Positions 50,860 to 63,625 of a DNA stretch of 64,000 nt are shown piece by piece; the stretch's first letter is position 1; the number at the start of each line of letters is the position of its first letter. This stretch comes from Squalus acanthias (Eukaryota), in contig CM059448.1 of NCBI GenBank assembly GCA_030390025.1, positions 7,502,001-7,566,000 of the forward strand. Reading direction: 5' to 3'. The translations under genes were made by a program, and so were the position numbers. The notes beneath the pieces were generated by a model. It did no database searches and was not told where the DNA came from. It saw nothing but the letters and a program-made list of their open reading frames with translations.

Positions 50860-51820
50860 CATCATAACAGAATTGGAGGCAACCTTGTGGAATGGATGGT
50901 TAATTGGTTGAGAGGCAGACATTGGGATAAAAGGGCCATTCTCAGATTGCTGGGCACTGACAGGTGTTGTTCCCCCAGGAAGCTATGCTGGGGCCTCAGC
51001 TTTTCACTCTATTCCCAGATTCAGGTTACTTTTGTGTATGGAGTAAATTATATCCAAGTTTCCAGATGATATTAAACATGGAGGTGTAGTGAATTGTGAA
51101 GCAAAAATAAATTTCAAAAGGGCAGATTAAGCACGTGGGCAGAATAGCAGGTGTCGTTTCATGTGAAAATGAGAGATACTGTAATATACTTTAGATGCAA
51201 GAATGGCAGATAACAAGATACACTGAATTAGGAAGCACATGAAGGAACAGATGAAAGGATTTTGGGGTCTTGAAAGCTAGCTTACAGGTGCAGAAAGCAA
51301 TCAAAAAGACCAATAGGATCTCAAGCTTCATCACAGGTGTTCAGAGAAACTAAATACAAGGAAGTACTGCTACAGTTCTTTCGAGCAGGCAATACTTGGA
51401 GTGCTGTGTTCAGCTTTGGGCACCTCACCTTAAGAAGAGTATGCTGGCTTTGGAAGGAGAATAAAGGATGATCTGATTGAGGAGCTAAAATAATGCCAGG
51501 TTTGACAGTAGATGGGAAAAGACTCTTCCCTACAGTAGGGGAAATCTAAAACAAGGGGATAGAATATTATAATTAAGCCAGTTAAAAGAGCAAATCAAGA
51601 AAACGCTTCTTTACATCACGGGTTATTAAAATGTGGTATGCAGTGCTCCAAGAGTTCATAGATTCAGAATCAATTGAGGTGTTTAAAAGCAAGATAATTA
51701 CTAAAAAGTGAGTATTTAAGGGATGTTGAGAGGGAAGGAAACTGGGATTGAAGAGATAGAGCTGCCATGGCCAACAATGACACAGCAAACTTGAAGGTGC
51801 AATGGCCTGCTCCTGTATAT
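50860..51820 (+). mobile_element. old CR1 LINE fragment
   Basis: EWMVNWLRGR; ttggagtgctgtgttcagctttgggcacct; CR1-like tail. Confidence 0.75.
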
Positions 51821-52356
51821 AACACTTTCCAGACCATCCACAAGGCTACCTATGTCACAGGATGTAATGCAGAAGAGGTTTCGATTAGATGACTATGACA
51901 AAGAGGATAATTTAAGTCTCTGAAACGGGCACATTAATAGTTTCCTTATGCTCAATCTCACGCGGCTAAACGTCAGTTGTCCCTCTAAGAGGTTGGATGC
52001 AGATCTTGCAGCAGGACAAAATACACTCGTCCTCCTCCAATATTTAGTGCTGGAAATACTCAGGTCAGGCAGGTCATCTGTAGAAAGAGGAAACTTTCCT
52101 CTCCACAGATGCTGCCCGAGTTGCTGAGTGTTTCCAGCATTTTCTGCTTTATATTTAAGTATTCCCATGTCAGTTATGAATCCTTTTTCCGTGCCCCAAC
52201 ATGATTTAAACTTCAACAGCAGAAAAGCATCTCTTATGGCCCAATGTGATTCTATGCTAGCCATCCCTACACCTTCTATGACAGAGACTGGTGCCAAATC
52301 ACAGCTAGTTTTGATAAGTGTCCACTTGTATTACGCTCCAAAACTTATAGACTTAC

Positions 52357-52440
52357 CTGTCCATCCTCAATCTTAATTTTAGGATAATTGAGAATTAACT
52401 TGGTAGCATGTTCCCACTTTGTATGTGTATCTTCCCAGGC
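52357..52440 (-). CDS. NF1: NF1 exon 20 equivalent (84 nt)
   Basis: AWEDTHTKWEHATKLILNYPKIKIEDGQ; tag acceptor, CAG|gtaagt donor. Confidence 0.97.
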
Positions 52441-53519
52441 CTAAAAACAAAGCAGCAACAAGTCTACATAAGGAAAGGGAACTGGTGTAAATGCAGAACA
52501 TATGGCCCAGTTGTCAATATCCAAATTTGGCCATCACAGATGGGATAAAAAGCATCACTTGGTTTCAGCTAGGCTGAATGTTGTTAAGTTTTATTTACAA
52601 ACAACACCACCAATTACTACAGTAGGCATTTCAGAGAAAATATGGTAGACATAACAGAGATGTTGCAGTGATTGAGATTTAACAGTCTGAAGCCAGGTCT
52701 GTGGTTTACTTAGTATCTAAGGAGGCAAAAAAGTGTATACAAGTTGGACACATACCTAATTTAAAAAACGATCTTTCACTAAAGCTAACCTATCACAGTT
52801 TAGGGCTATTCTTTGGATGGCTACACAGTGCTGCATTTCCAAATCTTAATCTCTACCCTATGAATGAACATCACTTGTGTCAATTCTTCTAAATATTGGA
52901 ATAACTTTCCAGGTTTCAAAATGCACACATCCTTTCTATTATATAAAAAATGCAATAATTACTTGAAAAGAAAAATGCTCAAGTTTCTTTTGACTGCTCC
53001 TCGGCCTCCATTAGTAGTGCTGAGACCATCATGAGAAGGGGGCGCAAATGGCCGGGTGATAATTGAACCTACAATTTCACAGTCTTCACCCTCCCTTCTG
53101 TGGCAAAAGGCCAGGCCCTCATTTGGCATTTCCCCATCAGGTTGCTGTTGAGAATTGCAACCCAGGTGAGCAACAGCCTATAAAGTATAAACCCATAACT
53201 TATTCCAAGGTAACACATGTTACAGATCCAACATGGTTTGCCAGTGCACAGCTTCTGTTCATTTCTAATGCCGATAATGCACCAAGTACCTGAACTTCCA
53301 CTGGGTGATTCAGTACAAACAGCACCTTTTACCAGTTGCATTACTCTTTAAAAGAAAGCCAAAAGATTTGACCCACATTTCAGGGCCAATAGTACATTTT
53401 GCAACACCTTAAACACCACACAAGTTAAAATGCCCACCTTCTGCTGTAATATGCACAGTGGAAACGGGCATCTTGCAACTCCGACACATTAATGCAAAAA
53501 AAAACATTTTAACATTTAC

Positions 53520-53593
53520 CTCAGTGTTCCCTGCTGTTGGATGCTCTATCCTCCTCAGTAACGCCATCACCCGTTTCTGAAGAGCTGCTCGCC
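53520..53593 (-). CDS. NF1: NF1 exon 19 equivalent (74 nt)
   Basis: GRAALQKRVMALLRRIEHPTAGNTE; GT-AG. Confidence 0.97.
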
Positions 53594-54169
53594 CTGTAGT
53601 TTAAAATCAATATAAACACGAGAACATAAAAAATTAATCAAGTGAACACTCAGCAAAAACGATAAGAGCATGAGCCACCAGTACAGATCGGATCTATTTT
53701 AGTGAGGGCTTACAAAGCTGATTCTCACTAAATGAAGTGGCAAGATAGATCACATTCTAGTTTAGCTACTAGGAGGTGCCGTGAGCATTTTTATTTATGT
53801 TTTGGAGTTAGAAATTATTAACGTTGGAAGAAGCATTTAAAAGATGCAGTGCTCCCAACGTGAACATTTTCAAATGCAACCCAGTGTCTGATGAGAAGCA
53901 ATCACTAAAAAGAGAAAATCTAGTAAAATGAAAATAAAATGGGTACTACACGGGGTTAAAATGCTTTCCTTTCACATCAGGACCGGAATTAAAATCCAGA
54001 CCAGAATGTCTGTCTCCTCACTCAGCTAGCTGAGAGTCTTGAGTCAGCACAAGTCCATAGCACACATAACTTAGAAGCTTCATTCAGATGGAGTAAGGAC
54101 GGTCCTATACAGAAAAATAGAAATGTCATACTGGCAAGCAAGGTGTGCTCTTTTAAGGTTAGTGCGACA

Positions 54170-55560
54170 TATAGTCTTACAGCACAAAAACAGGCCCTTC
54201 GACCCAACTGGGCTATGCTGGTGTTCATGCTCGACACGAGCCTCCTCCCACCCACTCTCCATCTAACCTCATCAACATATCCAATTACTTCTCCCCCATG
54301 TGCTTATCTAGCTTCTCCTCAATGCATCTATGCTATTCACCTCAACTACTCCTTGTGATAGCAAGTTCCTCATTCTTGCCACTCTTTGGGTAAAGAAGTT
54401 TCTCCTAAATTCCCCATTTGATTTATTGGTGACTATCTTATATTTATGGCTCCTAGTTTTAGTCTCCCCCACATGTGGCAACATCTCTATGCCCCTGCCT
54501 GTTCAGCCTTTCCTGATAGTTTTGACCTCTCAGTTCTGGTATCATCCTTGAATCTTTTTTGCACATTTCCAGTGCCTCTATATCCTTTTTATAAGATGGA
54601 GACCAGAACTGTGCACAATATTCCAAGTGTGGTCTCATCAAGGTTCGATACAAGTTTAACATAAATTGCGCTGCTTTTCAACTCTATTCTTCTAGAAATG
54701 AAACCCAGTGCTTGGTTTGCTATTTTTTAAAATAGTCTTTTTAACCTGCGTTGATCCTTTTAGTGATTTGTGTATCTGTACCCCCTAGATCCCTTTGCTC
54801 CTCTACCCCAGTTAGACTCTATTCGCCAAGCAGTATGTGGCTTTCTTATTCTTTCTACCAAAATGTACCACCTCACACTTATCTATATTGCAGTTAATTT
54901 GCCAATTACACGCCCATTCTGCAAGTTTATTAATGTCATCTTACATTTTCTCAGTCTCCCTCAGCAATTACTGCACCCCAAATTTGGTGTCGCCCACAAA
55001 TTTTGAAATTGTACTTCCGATTCCCAAGTCCAATTCGTTTATGTAAATTGTCAACAACAGTGGTGTCAGCCAATGTTCCTGCTAATGTGCGCGGCCGCGC
55101 AGTAATCTCAAAAAGGTCCCGCGCAGGCCGCTCACTGGCTTCTACATTGTAAATACCGCGCAAGCGCAGAACTTTAAAGGGACCGCGCATTAAAAGAAAC
55201 AGGTCGCGCAGAACAAAGTGCAGCTCACAGGGAACATTGGTCCCAGCACCTATCCTTGCGGAACACCACTTCCCACCTTTTGCCAATCTGAGTAGCTACC
55301 CTTAACCCTTGCTCTCTATTTTTTGCTCTGCAGCCAATTTGCTATCCATTCTGCTACTTGTTCCAACTCCACATGCGCTGACTTTAGTCATGAGTCTACT
55401 ACTCAGTACCTTATCAAAGGCCTTTTGAAAATCCAAATAAATCACATCTACTACATTATCCTTGACTACTCTGTTCCTTCTTCCAAGAATAAGGTTGGTC
55501 CTTGCCTTTTGAAATCCTTGCTGACTAGTCTATTATATTTTCCTTTTTTGTGTGTTATGA
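54170..55560 (-). mobile_element. CR1 LINE 3' fragment with nested MITE
   Basis: MLNLYRTLMRPHLEYCAQFWSP...; tail homologous to 10715-11150. Confidence 0.88.
55071..55239. mobile_element. hAT MITE inserted in CR1 ORF2
   Basis: TIR caatgttcc/ggaacattg; TSD gtgtcagc/gtcccagc. Confidence 0.85.
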
Positions 55561-56170
55561 CACATTATTGGGGCAATGTAGAGGAAGAATTTCTCAACAT
55601 CTAAATGATCCAACACATCACATCACATCACAAGAGTTTGCTTAATGCTGGCTCTGAATGGAATGAAAATCATGAAATGTAGAGCTCGCCATTCTACGGC
55701 ACACATCTCTCCAAGCCTGACCAGGCCAAAATTCACCCAATAATTGGAGCAGGAGCGAAACATCAATGAGCTGAAGTTCGATTGTGCGCAAAAGGTTAAA
55801 TCTTATCCTAAAGCAAAGAAAGTTATTTCCATTCTGAGCCATTCACAACTCCTCCCCCTTCAAGTTTTGGCAAAAAAAAATCCCATTCTTGCCTTATTGC
55901 CTAAAATGGTCTTTTTATTTTTTTAAAACTTAGTGAATGTATCATTTCCTTAAAAGGGACGAGGTGTTCAGTACCAATCAATTTAGCACATCCCAGAATA
56001 CCAGAAGATCCAAGACTGGGCCGCCTGAAGAACAAGTTCTCTAATTTTACACAATGCAATTTGGAAACTATGAGGAAGAGGTCAAGCTGTCTCTCTCCTT
56101 CTGTAAATGGAAGTTCATTAACCAACACGCAGCCACTGGGTTAGAAGGCACAAAATACATTGGCAATTAC

Positions 56171-56417
56171 CCGTCGACATCATGTTGCTGACCGACGCAA
56201 ACTCCATGAACGTATTATAATTTGGGAGGATGCTCTGGACAGGCACGTCATCGACTCCACACCTAATATCAGCTTCCTCACAGAGGTGCCGAAAGCATGA
56301 CATGGACACAAGGACTGCTTCAATATCCGGACTCCACAAGAACATGTAGAGCGCCACTTCTAGTTTTGTCTGTGCTTGACGGCAAATGGGGATCCCGCTG
56401 CCTAGCGTGGCATTCTC
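56171..56417 (-). CDS. NF1: NF1 exon 18 (13) equivalent (247 nt)
   Basis: ENATLGSGIPICRQAQTKLEVALYMFLWSPDIEAVLVSMSCFRHLCEEADIRCGVDDVPVQSILPNYNTFMEFASVSNMMST; cag acceptor, G|gtaatt donor. Confidence 0.96.
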
Positions 56418-56869
56418 CTGCAGTCAAAAATTCATTCAATTTACTCAAAGAATCAGTTGCCATAAATGTTCAAACTGTCAGACATGTTAGCATTTTTTAA
56501 AGTCACAGTAGTTAGTGTTATACACACACATGTACTATATACATCTTTTGTTAAGACTTTCAAGGTACCCATTACATAATACCATTTGATTTTCATCCAG
56601 TTACATAATGATGCATCAGTTTGTAATCAAGCATATTACAAGGCAGATTATGGCCCAAACACAGCTACACAAGTGTATCCTTAGCCTCCCCAAATCAGAG
56701 AACGTTAACAATCCATTCAAAATAGCTTCTCCATAAACACTGCATTGCAAACTAAACATGATACTTAGATTTTGCAGTGGAACAAGAATTACTGACGTGC
56801 CGAAGGATCCTGATTCTTGACTCAAGATGAGTAAAGCACTTTGGTTCTTTTATTACCTTCAGATCATTT

Positions 56870-58236
56870 AAATAGCTGGTTAGGGATAAAGCAGGAGCTT
56901 GGAGATTAGTAACTGTTAATACTACATTAAATTAGTAACTTAATATTAATAACTTGAATTAGATACATCCAAGTCTGAAGTCTCTGTAAAGTTAGTTAAT
57001 AGTCGAATAAATAAAGGCATGACAGGGCAGCTCGGTCCAGCGGAATGCACATCCTGGGCCATGTGGGAACTCCAGGACGCTTCCCATGTCCTAGACAACC
57101 ACGTGTGCAGGAGGTGTCAGCTGGAGGAGCTCGAGCTCCGGGTTTCGGAGCTTGAACAGCAGCTGGCATCACTGCGGTGCATCACGAGGCTGAGAGCTAC
57201 GTGGATAGCACGTTTCAGAAGGTGGTCACCCCGCAGCTAAGGAGTGTGCAGGCAGAGAGGGAATGGGTGGTCGCCAGATAGAAGAGGACCACCAGGCAGG
57301 TAGTGCAGGAGTCCGAGTGCATCTCTCTCCACCCAGTATTCTGTTCCTCTGGGGAGTACAGCCAGAGCCAAATCCACGGCACCACGGGTGGCTAGCTGGT
57401 GCCAGGGTTAAGGAGGTCACCGAGCGGCTACAGGACATTCTGAAGGGGGAGGGTGAACAGCCAGAGGTCGTGGTCCATATCAGTGCCAACGACATAGGTA
57501 GAAATAGGGATGAGGTCCTGCAGGCAGATTTCAGGGAGCTAGGAAAGAGATTAAAAAGCAGGACCTCAAAAGGTAGTAATCTCTGGATTACTCTCGGTGC
57601 CACGCGTGGCTATAGAATTAGGAGGATACAGCAGATGAATGCGTGGATGGAGAGATGGCGCAGGAGGGAGGACTTTAGATTTGGCCTAAACTGGAGTAGT
57701 GTGTCCAATTCTAGGCACCGCACTTCAGGAAAGATGTGAAGGCCTTAGAGAGGGTGCAGAAGAGATTTACGAGAATGATTCCAGGGATGAGGGACTTCAG
57801 TTACGTGGATAGACTGGAGAAGCTGGGTTGTTCTCCTTTGAACAGAGAAGATTGAGGGGAGATTTGATAGAGGTGTTCAAAATCATGATGGGTCTGGACA
57901 GAGTAGATAGAGAGAAACTGTTCCCATTGGCAGAAGGGTCGAGAACCAGAGGACACAGAATTAAGGTGATTGGCAGAAGAACCAAAGACGATATGAGGGA
58001 AAACTTTTTTACTCAGCGAGTGATTAGGATCTGGAATGTACTGCCTGAAAGGGTGGTGGAGGCAGACTCAATCACAGCTTTCAAAAGGGAGTTGGACAAG
58101 TACCTGAAGGAAAAAAATTTGCAGGGCTACGGGGAAAGGGCAGGGGAGTGGGACTAGCTGAAGTGCTCTTGCAGAGAGCCGGCACAGGCTCGACGGGCCG
58201 AATGGCCGCCTTCCGTGCTGCAACTATTCTATGATT
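56870..58236 (+). mobile_element. internally deleted CR1 element: ORF1 (Zn finger, coiled coil, SGNH esterase) joined to the ORF2 3' end
   Basis: CTSWAMWE...HVCRRCQLEELELRVSELEQQL; GARVKEVTERLQDILKGEGEQPEVVVHISANDIG; from about 57690 LEQRRLRGDLIEVFKIM. Confidence 0.88.
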
Positions 58237-60339
58237 TAGAAACATTATTGTGCAAATCGCAATGCTAACTTCTAAAAATTTAGAATTTGTAAATTAATCT
58301 CCAACCAGTAAAATTTTACTGCTAGGGTCTTAACCAGCACTGTTATCATACAAATGCTCATCAAGCTTGTATCAAATCACTCTCTGTACCCACGTTACAA
58401 CATCGCAGAATGGAATTTGGTGCAAGTGCTTTAATCATTCATATGATAAGTGCCAACTGTAATTGCCATCCCAACACTACAAAATATTCTTTACAGACCC
58501 ATAACTTAATCCATGTAGAATGCCAAAAGATGCATTGCCCATTGACACACCCAAAAATGAATGACTCCGTTAAAAGAGAGAAAAATCACAATGTAAATCT
58601 ATGTAGCTACTAAAGTGAAGAAGTTTACGGTGTTAAATAGGGATGACTGTTAATTGGCTTGTTGCTCAGAGTCTACCCTGCTAGAAACCTCGTACTCCAC
58701 ACTAAGAATCACAAGCATTTTTCTAAACTGCTTGCATTATTGTGGGCAGAATTAATTGACTTCTACATGCTAGAAATTTTAATAGAAAATAAACCACTGC
58801 TATGCCAGTATATGGGCGCACTTTGGTAACTTAAGGTACTTCAATGACAATTTCATTTAACAGTTTTGTATTTAAAAGGTTTAACAATAATTTCCACAAA
58901 TATCTGCAAGAAAAACCCTCTTTAAATTTTGCCATCTGCCATGCAGCAGCTGCAACAGCAGCACTTTGGACTCGATGAGGAGACCAACAAGAGTGAAATT
59001 CCGATCTGAACTAATATTCTCAGGAAACAAGGCTGTTGATCCTGGTGATTGGGGGGAGGGGGGGGGGGGGAGGAAAGAGAGAGGATGGAAGAGTAAACTG
59101 GCGAAGGGGGAGGGGAGGAAGGAGAGAATCCCCTTCCCCAAATTACCCAAGAGTACCACTCATCTGGTTAACCATGCGATAGGACTGACAACTACCCCAC
59201 AGATGTCTGTGTATGGCATGGTCCTGCCTTCAGCAGAGTACAACATGGATCCCAATGGGATTTAAGGGAAAGGATAGCGGAAAAACAGGACAACTTATTT
59301 CTGGCAGCAAGCGACTGCGGTACTCAGTCACCAAATCATGCAACACTCATTAACTGTAGAAATCGGCAACAAGTCGCCGCAAAATAAATTTACCTTAAAA
59401 ACTGGTAAATGCTGTGAAAATAAATGATACATGGAACACTTGAAACTACTTGGGTTTTATCTCTATTTGTAGGAAAAGCACAACAGTCACTGCATTCCAA
59501 AGTAATCAATTGTATGGGAAGTGCTTTGAGATGTTGGAGGACTGTGATAAAGTGCTGAGTAAATAAAAATGGGAACAGACTGCCTATCTAAATTTCTACT
59601 GAATAAGCACTGTAAGGCTGTTACTTTGTGACATTGACACAGCAAGTTAAAATTTCAGAAATGCAAATTTGAACCCAGAATCAAGACAACTTTGCACCTG
59701 TCGGCCTACTAACGTTAGGTGAAAATAGTGAGCATATCAAACTAGAAAATGTATTTTATTGCCTTGCTCCTTCACGGGTCACATCAATTACGAAACAGTT
59801 CCCGAACAGTCAGCAATAAATATCACTCTTAACTGGGAAGAGAACTTTCTCTCTAATTTGGCATCCATCCAGAGGCAAGCACCCTTTCACAGTACAACAA
59901 ACCAAATGAGAATGACGGGAATATACAGGGCCATAAAAGCTGTTTCCGCACTGCCTCGGTACTGGATCTTTGTGCTTGAAAGTGTTATTTTATGGCGTCA
60001 AAATGAAATAATCAACTCCTGCCCCCCAAACACACCCCCCACACATCCTATTCTCTTAATCCCAAAATAAAATTAAAATCGATGTACGTTAGCCCTGTAA
60101 AAAAAAAAAAATTCGTTACCTTTCTATTCTCAACAACAATGTGCAGTTATACAGCAGCTTCAATGTAGGAAAAAAATCCTACAGAATGTACGGCGAGCCT
60201 TCGTGGGGAGGTTAAGAGCGATGACCAAAGGTTTGGTTAAAGGGATAGGTTCAAGGGGCTTTTAAAAAAATAGCAAGTAAGAGGAAGAGGGACTTGGGGC
60301 CGAGATGGCTGAAGGCTACCATTAAATCCTCGTTAACAA

Positions 60340-60975
60340 CATCCATCATGCAGGATGAGCAACAAGAGCAGGTCAGAGGCTAGGTATTCTGCAGCGAGTG
60401 TCTCACCTCCTGACTCCCCAAAGCCTACCCAACATCTGCAAGGCACAAGTAAGGAATGTGATGGAATACTCTCCACTTGCCTGGATGAGCACAGCTCCAA
60501 CAACACTAAAGAAGCTCGACACCATCCAGGACAAAGCAGCCCGCTTGATTGGCACCCCATCTACCACCTTAAACATTCACTCCCTCCAGCATGGCGCACC
60601 GTGACTGCAGTGTGTACCATCTACAAGACGCACTGCAGCAACTTGCCAAGGCTTCTTCGGCAGCACCTCCCAAACCCGCGACCTCTTCCACCTAGAAGGA
60701 CAAGGGCAGTAGGCGCATGGGAACACCACCACCTCCAAGTTCCCCTCCAAGTCACACATCATCCTGACTTGGAAATATATCAACCGTTCCTTCATCGTCG
60801 CTGGGTCAAAATCCTGGAACTCCCTACCTAACAGCACTGTGGGAGTACCTTCACCATATGGACTGCAGCGGTTCAAGGCAGCAGCTCACCACCACCTTCT
60901 CAAGGGCAATGAGGGAAGGGCAATAAATTGCTGGCCTTGCCAGCAACTCCCACATCCCATAAACGAATTTAAATA
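60340..60975 (+). mobile_element. CR1/L2-clade LINE 3' portion
   Basis: KAQVRNVMEYSPLAWMSTAPTTLKKLDTIQDKAARLIG; matches the reverse complement of 15335-15950. Confidence 0.9.
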
Positions 60976-61441
60976 AAGGATGAGCAACCCATCTGTGAGT
61001 GGGGGGCAGAGGAGAGAGAGAGAAAAAAATAGGGGTGATGGTTGAGCAAGAACCACCAATCATGCCCTGCAAAGTGCCCCTCTTGCCAACGGTGTGGAGT
61101 AATTTACTGGAGCCATGCAGAATTCTGTGGCTAATGGCAACCTATTCTTCCACCTAAGGAAGGGCACCCTGGTGTAGGTTTTATAAGCTAGAAATGAAAG
61201 TTAAAGATTGCACGCAAAGATGACTATTATCTTTCTATTACTCATACCATCTGCAATATCACCATGCCAAGAGTGCATTTATTTCGCAAAAAACTAAATT
61301 TTTAAGCAGTTCAGCTAACATTTACTCGGGGGAGCTGGGGGTGGGGGAGTAAGTAGATTTTCTTAAAGATTTTATTTATTTTTAAAGTTGTCAATCATCT
61401 TTAAGTCATCCCAGAGGGGAAGTTCTGAAGTCTTGTACTAC

Positions 61442-61565
61442 CTTATTCTTCAGTAGAAACTTATTCCGACAGATTAGAATCTCCCGCAACCACTTGAGAA
61501 TCTCTGTGCTGTTCAGCATCTGATGAGCGATCAATTTCTTACAGATGAAAAATAGAACCTGAGAG
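61442..61565 (-). CDS. NF1: NF1 exon 16 (12a) equivalent (124 nt)
   Basis: SQVLFFICKKLIAHQMLNSTEILKWLREILICRNKFLLKNK; cag acceptor, AAG|gtagta donor. Confidence 0.96.
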
Positions 61566-63545
61566 CTGTCAGCACAAAAGAAGCGTTATTAGAAACAAGA
61601 CAAGACATCAGAGTTTCAGTTAGATACTTGGTGGTGGGGGGAAAATGACAGCTCGTGAGAGAGGGAGAACTTAAATTGCATCTTTTATGGACTGCCTGGG
61701 GGTTGGAGGGAGCACAATTAAAGCAGAGCTAGTTTTATCATGCAACCCATTACAAAACATCCCTATTTCGGAATGTCCACTGCTTTACAAGTTGACCACT
61801 TGACTTTTTTTTAAACCAGGTGAGACACCAAGTATGCAGCAAGCTTGCTATTCTCAAATTATATCATTTCATTCTCTCAAAGTTTGATCCTGAGACTAAC
61901 TTCTGAACTTGAGCTGAACTGCAACTGCTGTTTCTTGAAGTTGTGAGCCTGACTAAAAATGGACTGCACACAATAAGTACTCCATAGCCTCGCCCAATTT
62001 TAAGAAACACATGATTTGTAAAATCTCCAATTTTGAAAGGAGACATCAGATTTTTAAACCGATTATTGCAACTCCACAATGATTTGCTATTTCAGGCCTC
62101 AAAACAGGCAGAGGCACTCAGTTGATGTTGATGAATGACTTCACAAAGTTAGGTGATTGCCATCCTTTGCTTTTTGGTCCTCAATGTGAGCAGGTGGTGG
62201 CAGAGCAGGAGAGAGACTACAGCAGCATCCAGCTATTGAATGTTCCACTTTCAGATCCTCCATCCAGGACTGAACAGAATGACAATTACCACTGGATTCT
62301 GCAGCGCTGCTTGCTGATGGGACTCCAAGCACAGGGCTACCGTATAGATTTTTGCACACATCATGCTGTCCATGAAGCTACAAGAATCAGCTTGAAATGA
62401 GCGGGTTAGAGAGACTTTAAACAAGGTTTCCAAAGTAGACTGTGGAAGGAAAGAGAATACATTGAAAGTACTTCTTCCAAACCCAAACAGTTTTCCTTTA
62501 ATATAACTGCATGTGGAGTACCTGAATTTCAAACACATTTTGAAATCATAAAATTTGTTTCCATTAAAGTTTTCTTTTTACTCTGTTGAAGCTTATTGCT
62601 CTCCTGTTTTTAGCTTCCCCCTTCCCATACCAAAGGGAAATACCAGATAATGTGTTTCCAAGCTTTGAATAATGCCACATCTGTCGGCATCTACAATCTA
62701 CTCCTGATAATTTGGGGTAGATGGTTTGTTAAATTTGAATTATCCCATAATTGAACGAAAACAGTGCAAACCAGACAAAACAGCAATTTAGTACTAAAAA
62801 TACAAATTATCAGATAGTTTGAATTAAGTGCTTTAAGAATAGACTAAGCGTGCAAAAAGCAGCCCTAGGACAACACTATCCAATATGCCCTCATTGCAGA
62901 AATGAAACTAGTCTCCAATTGGAAGATTAAATATCTTGTGTAGGTTGCTTAACTAAGCAGCAGAAAAAGAAAAAAAAAAGTTTAAGTTTTTGTTTTATTA
63001 CTGAAAATAGAGGATTCAGTGGAACCGGACCCGAATGACTAAATCCAGCCACAAGTGTGGCAACAGGCCCATAGCAATCTGGCAACTTTCTGTTGATTTG
63101 GTTTTTCAATCCAATTAATTGTGCATATCCATGTATCGGTACATATCAAGTGTACAAATAAAATAGGGGCCCATCATTTCCACATGCATATCAAGATTTA
63201 ACAGTGCAATCTTGGTAGAACTACAAGACCAAGGCACTGGACTGAAGATGCTCAATTAAAACTTTTTAAAGGGAGGCTATCTTGTAATACTTATGCTGGG
63301 AATTATTTCTACAATGCTTCAATGTTATTAAGGCAAGGGGGGAGGGGGAGAGAAAGCATGTTGCAATGCAAATAATGTACATATATTTAACAGCCAAAGA
63401 TATTCTTAAAGAATACTAACGTCTACATGCAAGAACTATGTAGTTCTGTTGTGAAAACAGAACGGGTAAAAGAACAGTGTATTCAAAATATGAAGAATAC
63501 ATTCGGAAGTTTACGGAATACCTGCTATAAGCTTAAGTTCCTCAC

Positions 63546-63625
63546 CTTATATCCCAGAAGGTTTCTATTGGTGCATCTGGGTTCCATAACTCTATATTTT
63601 CTGGTTGGTGAAGAACTAACAAGGC
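63546..63625 (-). CDS. NF1: NF1 exon 15 equivalent (80 nt)
   Basis: ALLVLHQPENIELWNPDAPIETFWDI(S); cag|GCC acceptor, AG|gtgag donor. Confidence 0.96.
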
